Assembly (NCBI GenBank): GCA_003250975.1
Contig: QKIY01000033.1
Location: 14,086 to 78,085, forward strand
Source: Gammaproteobacteria bacterium
GTDB taxonomy: Bacteria; Pseudomonadota; Gammaproteobacteria; Eutrophobiales; Eutrophobiaceae
Direction: 5' to 3'
Length of the DNA stretch: 64,000 nucleotides
Shown: positions 61,546 through 64,000 of the stretch, in pieces
Layout of the letters: each line of letters opens with the position of its first letter
Numbering within the stretch: the first letter of the stretch is position 1
Notes under the pieces: model-generated
Told to the model about the DNA's origin: nothing
Database searches by the model: none
The model's input: only the letters and a program-made list of their open reading frames with translations
Made by a program: the position numbers and the translations under genes

Positions 61546-62709
61546 TTACAAACGGCCCCGGTAATGGGAATAATCAAACTCTTTTTCCAGCCTTATGCGG
61601 CCAGACTCATCTAGGGCGTATATCGCCGGCAGGTTGATGCCATTGAACATGTTGGCCTTCACCATCATGTAGGCGCCAACATTGGCGATGATCACCTTGC
61701 TGCCGATTGTGAGCTCATGATCAAAGTAATAATCACCGAACAGGTCACCGCTCAGGCAACTCGCCCCTGCTATGCGGTAGCGATACTTGCCCTGACTTGA
61801 TTCCTGTAGCACCAGCGGCCGGTACTGGTATTCAAATACTTCCGGCAGGTGATTTATGGTTGTATCGACCACGGCAATGGTCCTGTCCCCGGATTCAAAC
61901 AGATCGATTACGCTTGCGACCAGGTAACCGGCCGTGCCGACTATTGCCTTGCCCGGTTCGAAAAAGACCTCGAGGTCATAGTCTTGCTGTAATTGCCTGA
62001 GCCTGTCGTCCAGGGGTGCAAGGTCAGATAATTGATCAAATAAATAACCCCCGCCTAGGTTAAGCCATTCGACGCGATGAAACAGTTCAGGATTGCTATT
62101 TATAAGCTGATCCATACTGGCCACCAGCTCGCCAAGGTCCCTTGATTCACAGTTACTGTGAATATGCAGGCCGCTAAGGCCAGCGGGGAGTGCCTTTCCA
62201 TCACCGAGCAGCGACATGGGGACCCCCAGCTTGGAGGCGGGGCGGCAAGGATCGTAGCGTTCATCGCCCGCAAACGATAGCGCTGGATTGACTCGCAGGC
62301 CGCAACGGAGATGGGCCAGGGCAAGATGATAATGATGCCACTGGGAGAGGGAATTAAAACTCACATAGCGGCAGTGTTTCGCGATCAGTTCGAGGTCCGC
62401 CGGCCGGATCCCGGGACTTGTCAGATGGATGCTGCCCCTGCCCCCCAGGACTTCATCTGCCAGGCGGCTTTCAAAGGCCGAACTGACCGAAAAACCGTCG
62501 ACAAACGCGGCGATTTCTGCAAGCAGGTCAGAAAAACTCAGTGCCTTGAGGGAATAAAGGATTCTACAGCCGCTTGCCTGCCTGAACGAGGCGAGGATCG
62601 CCAGTTTTTCCCTGATTGCCTTCTCATCATAGACAAAGGCCGGGGTCTTCAGGGCCGCATCATTCCAGAGCGCCAGCAAGTGGTCATTGAATTGCTGTGA
62701 AACGGTCAT
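61546..62709 (-). CDS. nspC: fold-III PLP decarboxylase, carboxynorspermidine/carboxyspermidine decarboxylase-like
   Basis: 387 aa with N-terminal TPAFVYDE..., a length and architecture closer to NspC than to LysA. Confidence 0.5.
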   Translation of the reverse strand: MTVSQQFNDHLLALWNDAALKTPAFVYDEKAIREKLAILASFRQASGCRILYSLKALSFSDLLAEIAAFVDGFSVSSAFESRLADEVLGGRGSIHLTSPGIRPADLELIAKHCRYVSFNSLSQWHHYHLALAHLRCGLRVNPALSFAGDERYDPCRPASKLGVPMSLLGDGKALPAGLSGLHIHSNCESRDLGELVASMDQLINSNPELFHRVEWLNLGGGYLFDQLSDLAPLDDRLRQLQQDYDLEVFFEPGKAIVGTAGYLVASVIDLFESGDRTIAVVDTTINHLPEVFEYQYRPLVLQESSQGKYRYRIAGASCLSGDLFGDYYFDHELTIGSKVIIANVGAYMMVKANMFNGINLPAIYALDESGRIRLEKEFDYSHYRGRL

Positions 62710-62823
62710 TTTAAAAACCTGATTGGAACTTTTTGGGGTATCTCCTGCCGGATAATTGACTGATAGGCAATCCGCCGGTTATGGTAGCCAAGCACGTTAA
62801 TACACCACTCAAGAAAAAGAAAC

Positions 62824-63261
62824 ATGAACTTATCAAGAATCAACACAACAGGCCAATGGATCTGTTTCACCATTGCTCTGTCATTGACAGGCCCGGCAAT
62901 TGCCGAAGAGGCTACCGACAGCCAGGAGGTGCCCGCCTACATAACGCCGGACCAGCTAAGTCGTGAAGACAGGATGATGTTGTCTGATTTCAGCAACCGC
63001 TATGAAACTTGTATGAACGAGACCTCGGTCGCACAACTACAAATCCAGGAAGATCCCCGGGATGTTGTCGACTATTCCATGAAGAAGTGTGCGGTTGAGT
63101 TGGAAAACCTGAACATGGAAATGACGGCGAGGAACTTCGACCCCAACTTCCGCCAAGGTTATATCCACCATGTTACCAATCACTCCGTCAACAAGACGCT
63201 GCGCATGGTAATGATCGGCATGGCCAACCGGCAGCAAACTCCAACACCACCAGTGGAATAA
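62824..63261 (+). CDS. secreted hypothetical protein
   Basis: Signal peptide ending at the AIA-EEAT cleavage-like site. 145 aa. Confidence 0.4.
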   Translation: MNLSRINTTGQWICFTIALSLTGPAIAEEATDSQEVPAYITPDQLSREDRMMLSDFSNRYETCMNETSVAQLQIQEDPRDVVDYSMKKCAVELENLNMEMTARNFDPNFRQGYIHHVTNHSVNKTLRMVMIGMANRQQTPTPPVE

Positions 63262-63279
63262 GTCCCGCGCCGGAAGGGA

Positions 63280-63762
63280 TTATTTAAAACCTGAATAAAG
63301 GTAAGGCTCGAGTTCCTTCAGGGCCTTTTCGTAGACATGGCGCTTGAAGGCGACCACCTGATTCACCGGGTCCCAGTATTCAATCCAAGTGTATTCCTCG
63401 AATTCTGGTCGCTCCGCGAGGTCCAGCCGCACATTACTCTCGTCAGCAACCAGCCTGAGCAGATACCAGATCTGTTTCTGACCGATGCATACTGGGAAGG
63501 TGTTATGGCGGATAAAGCGTTTCGGTAACCAGTAGCGCAGCCAGTCATCGGTGCTGGCGATCACCTCCACATGCTCGGGCAGCAGGCCGATCTCCTCACG
63601 CAGTTCACGGTACATGGCCTCTTCTGCGTCTTCATTGGCCTTGATACCGCCCTGGGGAAATTGCCAGGCATCCATACCCTTGCGGCGGGCCCAGAACAGC
63701 CTGCCTTCCTTGTTATACAGCATGATGCCTACATTGGCGCGAAATCCTTCTGAATCAATCAT
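63280..63762 (-). CDS. rppH: RNA pyrophosphohydrolase
   Basis: MIDSEGFRANVGI...WQFPQGGI..E...AMYREL.EE.G collinear with E. coli RppH/NudH. The upstream 75-aa extension in the ORF track is rejected. Confidence 0.85.
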   Translation of the reverse strand: MIDSEGFRANVGIMLYNKEGRLFWARRKGMDAWQFPQGGIKANEDAEEAMYRELREEIGLLPEHVEVIASTDDWLRYWLPKRFIRHNTFPVCIGQKQIWYLLRLVADESNVRLDLAERPEFEEYTWIEYWDPVNQVVAFKRHVYEKALKELEPYLYSGFK

Positions 63763-63902
63763 ATAGCCTGGTATTTGCCTCTCGTCAGCCTTAATTTTTC
63801 CAAAAAAAAACAATCCCCGCAATTCAAGCGGGGAAAATTTTACCTTTATGCGCTTTGTGCCTAGACTAGCCGGCTTTGCAGCGCCTTTATTTAAGGATAG
63901 AC

Positions 63903-64000
63903 CATGAAACTGGCCATATTTGACCTGGATAATACTCTGATCGCCGGTGACAGTGATTGCCTGTGGGGGGAATACCTCTGTGAACACGGTTACCAGGACC
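63903..64000 (+). CDS. HAD-family hydrolase (N-terminal fragment; continues beyond window)
   Basis: [18 protein letters not shown] is HAD motif I. Divergent from rppH, as in Pseudomonas. Confidence 0.55.

Noticed and set aside
63812-63845. ccccgc-aattcaa-gcgggg hairpin between rppH and the HAD gene, flanked by an A9 run and AAAATTTT
   Set aside because: It lies between divergent gene starts, so a terminator role is unlikely. It may be a leader structure, but I cannot support a specific function.

Overview
The window reads as a gammaproteobacterial-type chromosomal segment with about 50% GC, dense coding, and no transposase, integrase, CRISPR array or tRNA. Most of it is conserved housekeeping with Pseudomonas- and E. 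coli-like local synteny: pyruvate dehydrogenase aceE-aceF-lpdA, argG, prfB (with its programmed +1 frameshift) followed by lysS, recJ, thrC-hom-alaC-like, tldD, aroC, prmB, htpG, mutS-fdxA, nth, mpl and rppH. Accessory content stands out in five places. (1) A four-gene DUF2282 / DUF692 / DUF2063 / DoxX cluster, whose small secreted precursor carries EGKCGE repeats, suggests an HvfA/B/C-like Cys-modifying, copper-binding peptide system. (2) A three-gene operon encodes a GshA-like carboxylate-amine ligase, an AstE/AspA-family deacylase and a stand-alone GlnE/GlnD-like nucleotidyltransferase. (3) A copper/sulfur redox module (small multicopper oxidase, TlpA-like thioredoxin, cytochrome c and a sulfite-oxidase-family molybdoenzyme) is inserted between prmB and aroC. 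(4) A His-rich lipoprotein carries 42-bp in-frame tandem repeats. (5) A PP2C phosphatase is paired with a double-FHA protein. An orphan rnfE-like gene lies beside nth, and a degenerate Bfd-like mini-ORF follows it. All calls rest on reading the six-frame translations and motifs by eye; no database search was possible.
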